Assembly (NCBI GenBank): GCA_040397545.1
Contig: JBBAVV010000010.1
Coordinates: 14,797-78,796, forward strand
DNA: 64,000 bases
Origin: Pirellulales bacterium
Lineage (GTDB): Bacteria > Planctomycetota > Planctomycetia > Pirellulales > UBA1268
Reading direction: 5' to 3'
The notes beneath the pieces were generated by a model. That model was not told the DNA's origin. It did no database searches and was given only the letters and a program-made list of their open reading frames with translations. The first letter of the stretch is position 1. Every line of letters begins with the position of its first letter. A program made the translations under genes and the position numbers. Of this stretch, positions 7,984-21,885 are shown one piece after another.

Positions 7984-9207
7984 TCACGGCGCAGTGAGCC
8001 GGGCCTCGAGCCAGGGGGCGATCGCCGTGAACCAGGCTTCGGCATGGCGGCGCTGACCGGCACCACTGAAGTGCACCCCACGCCCACCGGAGTCTCGGAG
8101 AAGGCCCTGCAGGGCGTCCGTGTCGGGGCCGGGAAGAGCGAGGCCGTCGCGGCAGACGGCTGCCTGCGCCGCCCGGATGTCGGTCGACGATTCATCGCCG
8201 GGGACATGGTACGTGGCCCGGGCGACAAACCAAGGGTGTTCGCGGCCGAGTTCGACGCCAGCAGCTTGAATGACGCGCCCGAGCATCGCTTCGTAGAGCG
8301 GCCCTGGCAGCGTGCGCGACCGGTCTTGTTGGTTGGCGTCGCTCTCTCCCTGATGCCAGAGCACCGCCCGGAAGCCGGTCGGCTCCAACTGCTTCATGCG
8401 GCCAACGAGCATGGCGAACGCCGCGCCGTCACTCTCAAAGCCCCCGCCGGCCACGGGGCGGACCCGTGCGGTGATTGTCGGCGGGGCCGGGAACCGACTC
8501 CCCTCCGGAAGCCATTCGCGGACACTCGTCGCGCCGATCCCGCAGGCAACCAGGCCGATCGGGACGTTGAGCTCGGCCTCGAGCCTGTCACCGAGCGCCG
8601 GCAGGAAACTCCCCCCGTCGCCGCTGGCCCCCGGCTGCGGATCGGCCGCCACGCGCCACACCCCCTCGGGATCGAGCGCCACGACCCGATCAGTCGCCGG
8701 GGCGAGCCGCTCCTCGCCGTGGTTGGCGGAGTTTGATTGACCGGCGACGATGAACACCTCGCCGACCCCGACCCGCTCCACCGTCGTCATACCCATGACG
8801 GCCCCCTCGATAACCGACCTGACTTCGAGCCGATGCCATCCCCCCGCCGGTGCGGCGAGGAGGCCGGTAAACGTCCCCCCTTTCCGCGTGAGCGTATGCC
8901 ACGGGGCATCGATCGCCAGGGCAACGCGGGCCTCGATCGCTCCCGCCTCGGGGACTTCGGCGCGCACCTCGACGGGAATGGCCCCGCCGGCGCGATCGTG
9001 CCGCTGCACCACGGCCCACTCCACCGGCCGGACGATCCGCAGGGCCGCGCCCTCGGGCTCCGGCTCGGCGCCATGGGCCAGCAGAGGCGCGACGCCGAGG
9101 GCCAAAAGCAGGGCGACCCGCGGCCGCAGCCGGAATCCGGGCCAACACCCAGCCGCCCCTGAAGCCCGCGGGAAACAGCAGTCGATTCCGTTCCATGGTC
9201 GTGCCAT
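7984..9207 (-). CDS. Secreted sialate O-acetylesterase-like (SASA/SGNH) carbohydrate esterase
   Basis: AGQSNS, LWHQGESDA, GVHFS motifs and a hydrophobic signal-like segment. GAGGAG RBS precedes the ATG at 9207. Confidence 0.82.
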   Translation of the reverse strand: MARPWNGIDCCFPRASGAAGCWPGFRLRPRVALLLALGVAPLLAHGAEPEPEGAALRIVRPVEWAVVQRHDRAGGAIPVEVRAEVPEAGAIEARVALAIDAPWHTLTRKGGTFTGLLAAPAGGWHRLEVRSVIEGAVMGMTTVERVGVGEVFIVAGQSNSANHGEERLAPATDRVVALDPEGVWRVAADPQPGASGDGGSFLPALGDRLEAELNVPIGLVACGIGATSVREWLPEGSRFPAPPTITARVRPVAGGGFESDGAAFAMLVGRMKQLEPTGFRAVLWHQGESDANQQDRSRTLPGPLYEAMLGRVIQAAGVELGREHPWFVARATYHVPGDESSTDIRAAQAAVCRDGLALPGPDTDALQGLLRDSGGRGVHFSGAGQRRHAEAWFTAIAPWLEARLTAP

Positions 9208-9456
9208 AAAAGACTCCTCGACCCCGTTTCGCCTTGACCGATGGCGCGCAATACGGCGACAATCCGCTGGTGGCGGCAACGGAATCCGCCCAGCTTACCC
9301 GGTCCAGCCGCAGCTACCGGGCCCCCACGGCCCGGAGGAGTGCCGTCGTTTCCGTTCGGTCCGGTCGCCGGCCGGAGGGCGTGGACGGCGTCCAATCCTC
9401 CCTTCACCGGCACCGGCCGACCCTCTTTTCCGCCCCGCCGAACGAAACGACGCACG

Positions 9457-12963
<3,507 letters not shown>

Positions 12964-13008
12964 CCGTGGCCCCCGCGTGCGTGCCGTCCCCCGGCGGTCA
13001 CGGCCCCC

Positions 13009-14343
13009 ATGCTCCTCGATCTCATCTACCTCGTCGTCTTCGTCGCGCTCCTCCCCTGGATCGCCTGGCGACGCTGGTCGGGGGGGCGCCCGGTGGCCGC
13101 CCCGTGGATCCGATTCACCGGTAGTATCCCCCCCCTCCCGGCGAAGGGGGCGCGGAAGCGGATCTGGCTCCACGGCGTCAGCGTCGGCGAGATCCAGCTT
13201 CTCTCGTCGCTGGCGCGCGAGATCGAGGCTCGCGCCGAGTCACGCGGACAGGCGGTCGAGTTCGTCGTTTCCAGTTCGACGACGACCGGCCTCGAGCTGG
13301 CCGCCAAACGCTTCGGGCACGCGGTCGTCTTCCCCTGCCCACTCGATTTCACCTGGGCAGTGCGGCGCGTGCTCGGTGCCGTCGACGCCGATCTCCTCGT
13401 CCTCGGTGAGCTCGAGCTCTGGCCCCATCTTCTCGCAGGGGCATGGCAGCGTCGGCTGCCGGTCGTCGTGGCCAACGGGCGTTTGAGCCAGCACAGTGCC
13501 CGTGGCTACCGCCGCGTCGCCCCGCTTGTCCGCAGGATGCTGTCGCGGGTGACGCTCGTCAGCGCCCGCTCGGCGGCCGATGCGGAGCGCTTCCGGGCCC
13601 TCGGCGCCGCGAACGTCGTCGCGGCCGGATCGATGAAGTTCGACGGTGTCCGTGGCGACCGCAAGCATGAGGACGTCCGCCGTCTGGCGAGGCTGGCCGG
13701 CTTCCGGGACGACGACGTCGTGTTCCTCGCCGGCAGCACACAGGCTCCCGAGGAGGCCCTGGCGATCGACGCCTACCGGGCCGCTGCCGCCGATCACCCC
13801 CGGCTCCGCCTCGTGATCGTGCCCAGGCATGTCGAGCGGAAACCGGAGCTCGTTGCCCTCCTCGACGGCGCGGGGCTCGCCTGGCAGGCGCGCAGCACCC
13901 TCGACAAAGAGGGAGCCGCCCCGGATGCGCGGGTGCTCCTCGTCGACACGACGGGCGAACTCGGGGCGTGGTGGGGAACCGCCGCGATCGCCTTCGTGGG
14001 GGGGAGCCTCGACGGCAGGCGGGGCGGGCAGAACATGCTCGAGCCGGCAGCCTACGGGGCGGCGGTCTGCTTCGGGCCCTACACCCGCAACTTCGTCGAC
14101 GAGGTGGCGGTGCTCCTGGCCGCCGATGCGGCCCGGGTGATCGCCGATGGCCCCGGCCTCGCCATGTTCGTCCGCGCTTGCCTTGACGATCCCAGGACGG
14201 TCCTGGCGCTCGGGACACGGGCCGCCGGCACCGTGGCTGCCCATCGCGGCGCCACCGCCGCGACCGCCGAAAGGATCCTTGCCACTCTCTCCGCCGCGGC
14301 AGACGGGGCGGAGGGTTGCCGCCGGCTGTGTGAACCTGGATAA
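13009..14343 (+). CDS. waaA: 3-deoxy-D-manno-octulosonic acid (Kdo) transferase
   Basis: N-terminal membrane anchor, IWLHGVSVGE, ELELWP, NGRLS, GSMKFD, AGST, VPRH, GGQNMLEPA. Confidence 0.93.
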   Translation: MLLDLIYLVVFVALLPWIAWRRWSGGRPVAAPWIRFTGSIPPLPAKGARKRIWLHGVSVGEIQLLSSLAREIEARAESRGQAVEFVVSSSTTTGLELAAKRFGHAVVFPCPLDFTWAVRRVLGAVDADLLVLGELELWPHLLAGAWQRRLPVVVANGRLSQHSARGYRRVAPLVRRMLSRVTLVSARSAADAERFRALGAANVVAAGSMKFDGVRGDRKHEDVRRLARLAGFRDDDVVFLAGSTQAPEEALAIDAYRAAAADHPRLRLVIVPRHVERKPELVALLDGAGLAWQARSTLDKEGAAPDARVLLVDTTGELGAWWGTAAIAFVGGSLDGRRGGQNMLEPAAYGAAVCFGPYTRNFVDEVAVLLAADAARVIADGPGLAMFVRACLDDPRTVLALGTRAAGTVAAHRGATAATAERILATLSAAADGAEGCRRLCEPG

Positions 14344-14421
14344 TCGACCGGTTCGATCCTTCAGCCCCCCCGGCCCGATCCTGTCGGGCGAAGCCACCAT
14401 CACAGCAAGAGGCGACAAACC

Positions 14422-15588
14422 GTGTCCAAAGGCAAGTATCTGTTCACGAGCGAATCGGTCAGCATGGGCCACCCCGACAAGCTGGCCGACCAGATCTCCG
14501 ACGGCGTCCTCGACGCCTACCTGGCTCTGGACCCGCTCAGCCGCGTGGCCTGCGAAACCCTCGTGACGACGGGCTTGGCGGTGGTCGCCGGTGAGATCAC
14601 CTCGAAGGGGACGATCGACTACCAGAAGGTCGTCCGGGACGTGATCCGTGACGTCGGCTACACCGACGACGAGATGGGGATCTCCGCCGATACCTGCTCG
14701 GTGCTCGTCGCCGTCGGCAAGCAGAGCGGTGACATCGCGATGGGTGTCAACGAGGACGACTCGAAGGGGAAGGACATCGGTGCCGGTGATCAGGGGCTGA
14801 TGTTCGGGTATGCGTGCAACGAGACCTCGGAACTGATGCCGCTCCCGATCGCCCTCTCCCACCGGATCCTCAACCGTCTGACGGAAGCCCGGCAGAAGGG
14901 CGAGGTCGATTGGCTCCGCCCCGACTCGAAGAGCCAGGTCACGATCGAGTACGAGGGGAACACCCCGAAGCGTCTCGACACCATCGTCGTCTCGACGCAG
15001 CACGCTCCTCATGTCTCCAACGAGGAGATCCGCACGTTCGTCATCGAGAAGATCTGCAAGCCGCTCCTGCCGAAGGATCTCGACATCTCGAACATCACCT
15101 ACCACATCAACCCGACGGGTCGGTTCGTGGTCGGTGGCCCCCACGGTGACTGCGGTCTGACGGGCCGGAAGATCATCGTCGACACCTACGGCGGCTGGGG
15201 GCGGCACGGTGGCGGAGCGTTCTCCGGCAAGGATCCGACGAAGGTCGACCGCAGCGCCGCCTACATGGCCCGCCACATCGCCAAGAACATCGTCGCGTCG
15301 GGGCTCGCCGACCGTTGCGAGGTGCAACTCGCCTATGCGATCGGCGTCAGCGATCCGGTGAGCATCAAGGTCGACACTGAAGGAACCGGCAAGCTGCCCG
15401 ACGAGAAGCTTTGCGACGTCGTCCGGCAGTTCTTCCCCCTGAAGCCCCGCGGGATCATCGACTACCTCGATCTGCGGAAGCCGATCTACCGCAAGACCGC
15501 GGCTGGGGGGCACTTCGGCCGCGAAGGCTTCCCGTGGGAGAAGACCGACCGGTCCGCCGAACTGGCGAAGGCTGCCGGGAAGGCCTGA
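14422..15588 (+). CDS. metK: S-adenosylmethionine synthase
   Basis: [49 protein letters not shown]. Confidence 0.98.
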   Translation: MSKGKYLFTSESVSMGHPDKLADQISDGVLDAYLALDPLSRVACETLVTTGLAVVAGEITSKGTIDYQKVVRDVIRDVGYTDDEMGISADTCSVLVAVGKQSGDIAMGVNEDDSKGKDIGAGDQGLMFGYACNETSELMPLPIALSHRILNRLTEARQKGEVDWLRPDSKSQVTIEYEGNTPKRLDTIVVSTQHAPHVSNEEIRTFVIEKICKPLLPKDLDISNITYHINPTGRFVVGGPHGDCGLTGRKIIVDTYGGWGRHGGGAFSGKDPTKVDRSAAYMARHIAKNIVASGLADRCEVQLAYAIGVSDPVSIKVDTEGTGKLPDEKLCDVVRQFFPLKPRGIIDYLDLRKPIYRKTAAGGHFGREGFPWEKTDRSAELAKAAGKA

Positions 15589-15596
15589 TCCCTTCC

Positions 15597-16577
15597 ATGG
15601 CTGTCGCAGCAGAACGTGGACCCGGGGCGGATCGATCGATGCGTGACCGCCCCGGTCCACGGCTGCTGGCGGCGCTCGGCGCCGCCGTCGCCGCGACGTC
15701 TCTCGCCGCTGCGCTGCTGCTCGTGATCCGACGGATGCAGGTGTCGTTCGACACCTCGGGGCTCGCGTCGATTCTGGCAATGATCGCGGGTGTCACCCTC
15801 GTCACCCTGGTCGACGCAGCGTCCATCGGTGCCGGTACCGCAGCGAAGACACGGCAGCGCTTGGCCGTCCGCCTCGGGCTGGCCCTCACGCTCGCTGCGA
15901 CCCTTCCCGGCCCGTCGGCCCTCCTCGCTCCGCACGAGAGTCCGCTGTGGCTGGTGGCGATCGCAGGAGCAGTGGCGGCGGCGGTGATCGCCATGGTCGC
16001 GCCGATCGCCCCGTGGCTGGGGCGGCGTCCGGAGCCGGCCCCCTGGCGCAGCGACGGCGCACGTCGGCACAGCGGGAAACGGGAGCCTTTTCCCACTTCG
16101 GAGCGACGCCGCCGGCGAACCGATCGGGTTCGTCGCCGGCCGGCCACCGCGCCGAGCCCCCCCGCCACACCCCCAGTCGCCGAGCCCGCGCTTCCTGTCG
16201 CAAGTCACGTGGCGCCAGATGCGCCCGCCCCGCCGGCGGCCGTCATCCAGCAGCGTTTCGAGCGCTATCTTCTCACCGATGAGCGGATGGAGTGCCTCCG
16301 CGGCACCCTCCATCTCGCCGTCGTCGCCGGCTCGCGCCTCGTCACGGGACATGTCGGCTTCTGCCCACCCTTTCACCAGCTTCCCCAGGTGGAGGTGGGG
16401 ACCGCGTGCGAGGAGGTCGAGGCGACGATCACCGCAGCCGAGGTCCTCCCCTGGGGAGTGAGAGTTGAATGCCGTCTCGATGAACCGGCCGACGAGACGA
16501 TTCTGATCCCGATCGATGTCGTCGCCCGAGCCCCGCTCCCGGCGATCGACGATTCGCCCCTCTCCCCACCCCGGTAA
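15597..16577 (+). CDS. Hypothetical membrane protein (about 4 TM helices, Pro-rich linker, C-terminal beta domain)
   Basis: Hydrophobic N-terminal half and a soluble C-terminus with HVGFCPPF. Lies in operon orientation after metK. Start could be 15597 or 15639. Confidence 0.65.
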   Translation: MAVAAERGPGADRSMRDRPGPRLLAALGAAVAATSLAAALLLVIRRMQVSFDTSGLASILAMIAGVTLVTLVDAASIGAGTAAKTRQRLAVRLGLALTLAATLPGPSALLAPHESPLWLVAIAGAVAAAVIAMVAPIAPWLGRRPEPAPWRSDGARRHSGKREPFPTSERRRRRTDRVRRRPATAPSPPATPPVAEPALPVASHVAPDAPAPPAAVIQQRFERYLLTDERMECLRGTLHLAVVAGSRLVTGHVGFCPPFHQLPQVEVGTACEEVEATITAAEVLPWGVRVECRLDEPADETILIPIDVVARAPLPAIDDSPLSPPR

Positions 16578-16586
16578 CCAACCACC

Positions 16587-16700
16587 ATGGCCCGCTGGCC
16601 CAAGCATCTCTGGACAACCCTCTTTACCTACGGTGTGATCTTCATCGGCTTTCCGCTCATCGCCTTCCTCCTCTGGGCGTGGGTCCGGGGCCGCACCTGA
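16587..16700 (+). CDS. Small 37-aa single-pass membrane protein (not in ORF track)
   Basis: ATG at 16587 to TGA at 16700 encodes MARWPKHLWTTLFTYGVIFIGFPLIAFLLWAWVRGRT. It fills the intergenic gap and its stop abuts the next ATG. Confidence 0.6.
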   Translation: MARWPKHLWTTLFTYGVIFIGFPLIAFLLWAWVRGRT

Positions 16701-18140
16701 ATGGAGCCCGTCATGCCCCCCGCTTCCCTCCCGACGGCGCTGCGGGAATCGATCGCCCGGGCCGGTCAGGATCAACTTTTGCGGTTCTGGGACGTCCTCG
16801 AAGCCAGCGCGCGGGATCGGCTCGCAGGGCAACTCCTGGCGATCGATTGGGAAAGGCTCGGCGAGCTCCGGCGCCTCGCCTGCTCGTCGGGGCCGGGAAC
16901 CGTGGCCGGCGCGGCCGCGAGCTTGGCTGCCGATCTCGCCCGCGCCACCACCCCCCCCTGCCATCGCCTCGGCGGTGACGCCGCCGATCAGGCCGCGGCG
17001 GCCGGGCGGGCGGGACTGAAGGCGGGTCACTTCGGCGCCATACTCGTGGCCGGTGGACAGGGTTCGCGGCTGGGATGCAACGGCCCGAAGGGGGTCGTGC
17101 CCGTTGGCGTGCTCTCCGGGGCGACGCTCTTCGATCTCCTCCTCGGCAGGCTCCGCGGCATCGCGCGGCGGTACGGACGTCCGCTCCCGCTGGCGATCAT
17201 GACCAGCTCCGCGACCGACGCCGACACGCGGGCGTGGCTGGCCGACCACGACCACGGCGGCCTCGACCCCGATCATGTCCTCGTCTTCCGGCAGCGCGAT
17301 CTGCCGGTTGTCGACGATGTCGATGGCAACCTCCTCCTCGATGCCCCCGACCACATCGCCATGGCGCCCGATGGCCACGGCGGCATGCTGCCGGCCCTCG
17401 TGGCTGCCGGCGGCCTCGCATGGTTCGCCGACCGCGGCTGCGGGCACGTGACGACGTTTCAGGTCGACAATCCGCTCTCGATGCCGCTCCACCCCGAGTT
17501 CCTCGGCCATCACCTCCTCCGCGACGCCGAGTTTTCCACCCAGGTGGTGCACAAGCGCGAGCCTGGGGAGCGCGTCGGCGTCGTGGCCAGCGACGGCCAG
17601 CGCACGTTCGTCGTCGAGTACAGCGATCTCCCGGCGGCGCTCGCCGCCGAGCGCGGCCCCGGCAACCGGCTCCGGTTCCATGCCGGGAGCATCGCCGTCC
17701 ATGCCTTCGCCCTCGAGTTCCTCCGCCGGGCCGCGGCTGCCCCGGACCCGCTTCCCCTTCATGTCGCCCACAAGGCGGTGCCGTTCCTCGACGACTCCGG
17801 GGAGAGGGTGAATCCGCGGACGCCCAACGCGGTGAAGTTCGAGAGATTCATCTTCGATCTGATGCCACTGGCGCGGCGTGTCTGCCTGGTGGAGATCGAT
17901 CCCGCCGAGGGGTTCGCCCCGCTCAAGAACCCCCCCGGGGCCGCCGCCGACACCCTGGCTCACGTCCGAGCCGCGCTCGACGCCCACGCCCGCCGACTTC
18001 TCTACCGGGCCGGCGTGGTGGTGCCCGACGGGGTCGGGGTGGAACTGGCGCCGTGGATCCTCGACGAAGCCGACCTCGCCGCCGTCCTCCCTCCGGGCTC
18101 GCGAATCGAGCGTCCGACGGTCATCGGAGGGGGTGGCTGA
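16701..18140 (+). CDS. UDPGP-family (eukaryote-like) UDP-GlcNAc/UDP-glucose pyrophosphorylase
   Basis: VAGGQGSRLG..GPKG, IMTS, PDGHGG, FQVDNPL, VVEYSD, KFERFIFD, FAPLKN. Confidence 0.9.
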   Translation: MEPVMPPASLPTALRESIARAGQDQLLRFWDVLEASARDRLAGQLLAIDWERLGELRRLACSSGPGTVAGAAASLAADLARATTPPCHRLGGDAADQAAAAGRAGLKAGHFGAILVAGGQGSRLGCNGPKGVVPVGVLSGATLFDLLLGRLRGIARRYGRPLPLAIMTSSATDADTRAWLADHDHGGLDPDHVLVFRQRDLPVVDDVDGNLLLDAPDHIAMAPDGHGGMLPALVAAGGLAWFADRGCGHVTTFQVDNPLSMPLHPEFLGHHLLRDAEFSTQVVHKREPGERVGVVASDGQRTFVVEYSDLPAALAAERGPGNRLRFHAGSIAVHAFALEFLRRAAAAPDPLPLHVAHKAVPFLDDSGERVNPRTPNAVKFERFIFDLMPLARRVCLVEIDPAEGFAPLKNPPGAAADTLAHVRAALDAHARRLLYRAGVVVPDGVGVELAPWILDEADLAAVLPPGSRIERPTVIGGGG

Positions 18141-18243
18141 CCGGTCGCCAGCAAAACCCCTGTTGCCCGCCGCATGGGTTTCCGGCGACATTCCCTCCAG
18201 GGAAGGAGACTCGCTCCGCCCTTCAGCCCGACAGGAACCCACG

Positions 18244-19347
18244 ATGCTCCACGCGATCGTCATGGCCGGAGGATCCGGCACCCGATTCTGGCCCGCCAGC
18301 CGGGCCGCCCTCCCGAAGCAACTCCTCCCCCTGGCCGGGACGACGACGCTCCTCGAGGACACCGTCGCCCGGCTCGACGCGCTCGTCCCCCCGGACCGGC
18401 TGATGATCGTCACCTCGGCGCGCCTCCTTCCGGCCGTCCGCCAACAGCTGCCGGCGGTCCCAGAGGTGGGGCTCGTGGGGGAGCCGTGCAAACGCGACAC
18501 CGCCCCCTGCATCGGCCTGGCCGCGCTCCTCGTCGCCCGCCACGACCCCGATGCGATCATGGCGGTGATGCCCTCCGATCACTGCATCGCCCCCGCGGCG
18601 GCGTTCCGCGCCGCGATCCGCCAGGCCGAAGCCCTCGTCCTCGATTCGCCCGAGAGGCTGGTTACCTTCGGCATCCGCCCGACCTACCCGGCCGAGGGTT
18701 TCGGCTACATCCAGGAAGGGGACGCGATCCCGTCCCCCCCCATGCGCGCCGGCGGGGAACAGGCCAGCGCTCCGGTTCATCGGGTGGCGCGATTCAAGGA
18801 GAAGCCGCCGGCCTCCGTGGCCCGCGAATATCTCGCGGCGGGCAACTATCTGTGGAACGCCGGCATCTTCGTCTGGAGGGCGTCGACGATCATCGAGGCC
18901 CTCCGCCGCCAGCAGCCGGAATGCCTCGCCCACCTCGAGCGGATCGCCGCGGCATGGGATGGCCCCGACCGGGAGCGCGTCTTCGCCGCGGAGTTCGCCG
19001 CCATCAAGGGGATCTCGATCGACTACGCGGTCCTCGAACATGCCGGGGATGTGGCCGTGATCGAGGCCCCCTTCACCTGGGACGACCTCGGCGGCTGGTC
19101 GGCTGTCGCCCGCCAGCGTGGGGGAGACACCGACGGCAACACCGTCATCGGCAAACATCTCGGCATCGAGACGGTGCGGACGATCGTGCGGTCCGGCGAG
19201 GATCATCTGGTCGTCACGATGGGCCTGGCGGATATGCTGGTAGTGCATACCCCCGATGCCACGCTCGTTGCCGCCCGGTCGCACGAGGAGGCGGTCCGCC
19301 GCGTCGTGACGGAGCTGGAGAAGCGGGGCTGGAGTGAGTTTCTGTGA
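18244..19347 (+). CDS. manC: Mannose-1-phosphate guanylyltransferase
   Basis: MAGGSGTRFWPASR..PKQLL, RDTAPC, PSDH, FKEKP, WNAGIF, SIDYAVLE, WDDLGGW. Confidence 0.93.
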   Translation: MLHAIVMAGGSGTRFWPASRAALPKQLLPLAGTTTLLEDTVARLDALVPPDRLMIVTSARLLPAVRQQLPAVPEVGLVGEPCKRDTAPCIGLAALLVARHDPDAIMAVMPSDHCIAPAAAFRAAIRQAEALVLDSPERLVTFGIRPTYPAEGFGYIQEGDAIPSPPMRAGGEQASAPVHRVARFKEKPPASVAREYLAAGNYLWNAGIFVWRASTIIEALRRQQPECLAHLERIAAAWDGPDRERVFAAEFAAIKGISIDYAVLEHAGDVAVIEAPFTWDDLGGWSAVARQRGGDTDGNTVIGKHLGIETVRTIVRSGEDHLVVTMGLADMLVVHTPDATLVAARSHEEAVRRVVTELEKRGWSEFL

Positions 19348-20444
19348 GTGCAGTGCCCCGGTGGGCAGAGTCCCGAAGACCGCTGACGAAGCGAGGGCTG
19401 GCGATGACTGCAGGCGCCCGTCGAACCGAGGTTGGCCGCTGGCTGCCGCTCCCCCGGGCCGTCATCCTCGCCGCGTTTTTCACGCTCGCCGCCCCGGCCG
19501 GGGCCCCGGCCGACGAATCGGGCGTCGAAGCCGTGTCGGCGGTCGCCGCCGACCACTGGAGCGAGCGGCTGCGCCGCGCCGCCGAGGCGATGGAGTGGTC
19601 GGACGAACTGGTCCGACACGAATGGCGGATCCAGCGGCGGCCGGGCAGTGACGCGGCCCGCGTTCTCGATCCTGCCGATCGGGTGATCCTTGCCGGCTCG
19701 GCCGCTGCCTGCCGGGAGCGGTTTCAGTCGCTCGAAGCTTCAGGGCAGATCCCCCCGATCGACGGCCCGACGGTGATCCTCCTCCACGGTCTCGGGGAGG
19801 GGCGTGGTTCGATGCGTCCGCTGGCCGCTTATCTCCGCGAGCACAACGACGCCACGGTGCTGACGTTCGGCTACGCCAGCCCGAGGGCGGGCGTCGACGA
19901 TCACGCCCGAGCGCTCGGCAGTGTGATCGCCGGGCTCGATGGGGCGGACCGGATCAGCCTCGTTGGCCACAGCCTCGGGAATATCGTCGTGCGGCGGTGG
20001 ATGGCCGAGGCGCCGGCCGCCGATCTCGACCGCATCGAACGGATGGTGATGCTCGGGGCACCGAATCAGGGATCCGATCTGGCGCGGAGGGTGTCACAGG
20101 TGTGGCTCCTGTCGAAACTCTCGACCGGCGCTGCCCGAGATCTCGTTCTCGATTGGCCGCGGATCGCCCGGAATCTCGCCGTCCCCCCCTGCCCGTTCGG
20201 GATCATCGCCGGCGGTGCCGGCGATGCCGAGGGCTACAGCCCGATGCTCGAAGGGGATGACGATTCCGTGGTGCGTGTCGAGGAGACGCGCCTCGATGGG
20301 GCGGACGATTTCCTCCTTCTGCCGGTCCGGCACGCGTTCATGATGCGTGACCCGGCGGTGCAGGAGGCGACCGCGTCGTTCCTGAAGGGGGGGCGCTTCG
20401 GAGCGACCGCCGCCGATCCCACGGCAGCAGACGGGGCACGATGA
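19344..20444 (+). CDS. Secreted alpha/beta hydrolase (lipase/esterase-like)
   Basis: LLHGL, nucleophile elbow GHSLG, LGAPNQGS, DDSVV, HAFM, and a signal-like segment. Alternative start at 19404. Confidence 0.85.
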   Translation: MSAVPRWAESRRPLTKRGLAMTAGARRTEVGRWLPLPRAVILAAFFTLAAPAGAPADESGVEAVSAVAADHWSERLRRAAEAMEWSDELVRHEWRIQRRPGSDAARVLDPADRVILAGSAAACRERFQSLEASGQIPPIDGPTVILLHGLGEGRGSMRPLAAYLREHNDATVLTFGYASPRAGVDDHARALGSVIAGLDGADRISLVGHSLGNIVVRRWMAEAPAADLDRIERMVMLGAPNQGSDLARRVSQVWLLSKLSTGAARDLVLDWPRIARNLAVPPCPFGIIAGGAGDAEGYSPMLEGDDDSVVRVEETRLDGADDFLLLPVRHAFMMRDPAVQEATASFLKGGRFGATAADPTAADGAR

Positions 20445-20962
20445 ACGGCCACCGTCGCTCCACTCCGGTGACGATTCCCCGCGGCCGCGTCGCGGCGGTC
20501 GACTATGGCCGCAAGCGAATGGGAATCGCGATCTGTGATGCCGAGCGGATCATCGCCAGCCCCTGGCCGATGCGCCAGCCGACCGGCGACGAGCCGGCCG
20601 AGGCGGCGTTCTTTCGGCGCCTCGTCGCCGAGGAATCGATCGTCGGTTTCGTCGTCGGTCTGCCCGTCCATGCCGATGGCAGCGACAGCCAGATGTCGCT
20701 CGAGGTCGAACGGTTCGCCGTCTGGCTCGGTGAGACGACGGCCCGACCGGTGGCCTTTCAGGACGAGCGCTACACCTCGGTCGAGGCGGCCGGGATGCTC
20801 GCCGGCCTCGGGCTCTCCCGCGGCAAGAAGAAAGCCCGGGCCGACTCGATCGCGGCCCACATCATCCTCACCTCCTGGATGGAAGCGCACCTCTCCCCAC
20901 GGCCTGGCGATGGTGTGGCACCCCACGAGCCACCGCCACGCCCCGGAGCCCTCGACGGATGA
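20441..20962 (+). CDS. ruvX: YqgF/RuvX family nuclease (pre-16S rRNA processing / Holliday junction resolvase-like)
   Basis: AVDYGRKRMGIA, VVGLP, DERYTS, DSIAAHIIL. Confidence 0.92.
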   Translation: MNGHRRSTPVTIPRGRVAAVDYGRKRMGIAICDAERIIASPWPMRQPTGDEPAEAAFFRRLVAEESIVGFVVGLPVHADGSDSQMSLEVERFAVWLGETTARPVAFQDERYTSVEAAGMLAGLGLSRGKKKARADSIAAHIILTSWMEAHLSPRPGDGVAPHEPPPRPGALDG

Positions 20963-21885
20963 CCCCGCTCCCCGCCCCCGCGCCGTCGTCGCCTCCGCGC
21001 CGTCTGATCGTCGGCTGTGGCTATCTCGGCGAACGGCTCGCTGGGCGTTGGCTGGTCGGCGGGTCGCAAGTCTGGGGGGTGGTCCGCACGCCTGTCCGGG
21101 TAGCCCGGCTCGCCGCCGCCGGGGTGGAGGTAATCATCGCCGACGTCGCCTCCGCCGCTCCCCTCCCGCCGCTGCCGGAGGTCGACACGGTCGTCTGGTC
21201 GGTCGGTTTCGATCGCACGGCCGGGCAGGGCTACAGCGACGTTCATGTCAACGGGCTCGGCCGCCTCCTCGCGGCGCTTCCCGGCCGGCCCCGCGTGATC
21301 CTCGTCAGCTCCACCGGCGTTTGGGGACGCGTCGATGGCCAAGTCGTCGACGAGGCAACGCCCCCCCATCCCGACCGCGAGGCGGGGCGCGTGCTCCTCG
21401 AGGCCGAGTCCCTCCTCCACGGCCACCGACTCGGCCCCGGCACCGTGCTGCGGTTGGCGGGGATCTACGGTCCGGGACGCCTGCCGCGCGTCGACGATCT
21501 CCGCAGCGGTGCGGCACTCGCAGCCGATCCGGACAGCTGGCTGAACCTGATCCATGTCGATGATGCGGCCGCGGTCGTGATGGCCGTCGCCGATCATGTC
21601 AGCCCCGGCCCCCTGTACGTCGTTTCCGATGGCCATCCGGTGCGCCGTCGGGATTTCTACGCCCGCCTCGCGAGCCTCACCGGAAGCCCACCACCCCGGT
21701 GGACGCCGCCCCCCCCCGACGCCCGCGGCGGTGACAAGCAGGTCGATCCTCGCCGAGTGTTCGCCGAGATCGGCCCGGTGCTGGCCCACCCCGACGCCCT
21801 CGGCGCCCTCGCCGGAATCCCCGGTATGCTCATTTCCGGCACGGACGCCCTCCGACCGATCCACCCGCCGGCGAGCCATCCATGA
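20959..21885 (+). CDS. NAD-dependent epimerase/dehydratase family (atypical SDR)
   Basis: LIVGCGYLG Rossmann motif, SSTGVWG, RLAGIYGPGR, NLIHVDD. Confidence 0.88.
   Translation: MTPLPAPAPSSPPRRLIVGCGYLGERLAGRWLVGGSQVWGVVRTPVRVARLAAAGVEVIIADVASAAPLPPLPEVDTVVWSVGFDRTAGQGYSDVHVNGLGRLLAALPGRPRVILVSSTGVWGRVDGQVVDEATPPHPDREAGRVLLEAESLLHGHRLGPGTVLRLAGIYGPGRLPRVDDLRSGAALAADPDSWLNLIHVDDAAAVVMAVADHVSPGPLYVVSDGHPVRRRDFYARLASLTGSPPPRWTPPPPDARGGDKQVDPRRVFAEIGPVLAHPDALGALAGIPGMLISGTDALRPIHPPASHP

Noticed and set aside
14344-14421. Possible SAM riboswitch upstream of metK
   Set aside because: Only 78 nt with a small GCCCGA/TCGGGC hairpin. No SAM-I, SAM-II or SAM-SAH conserved elements were recognisable.
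15486-18560. 1024-aa minus-strand ORF and other long antisense or alternate-frame ORFs (e.g. 9991-12255, 21657-24404, 33409-35562, 38337-40112)
   Set aside because: Shadow ORFs of high-GC genes. They overlap well-supported CDSs and show no recognisable motifs.
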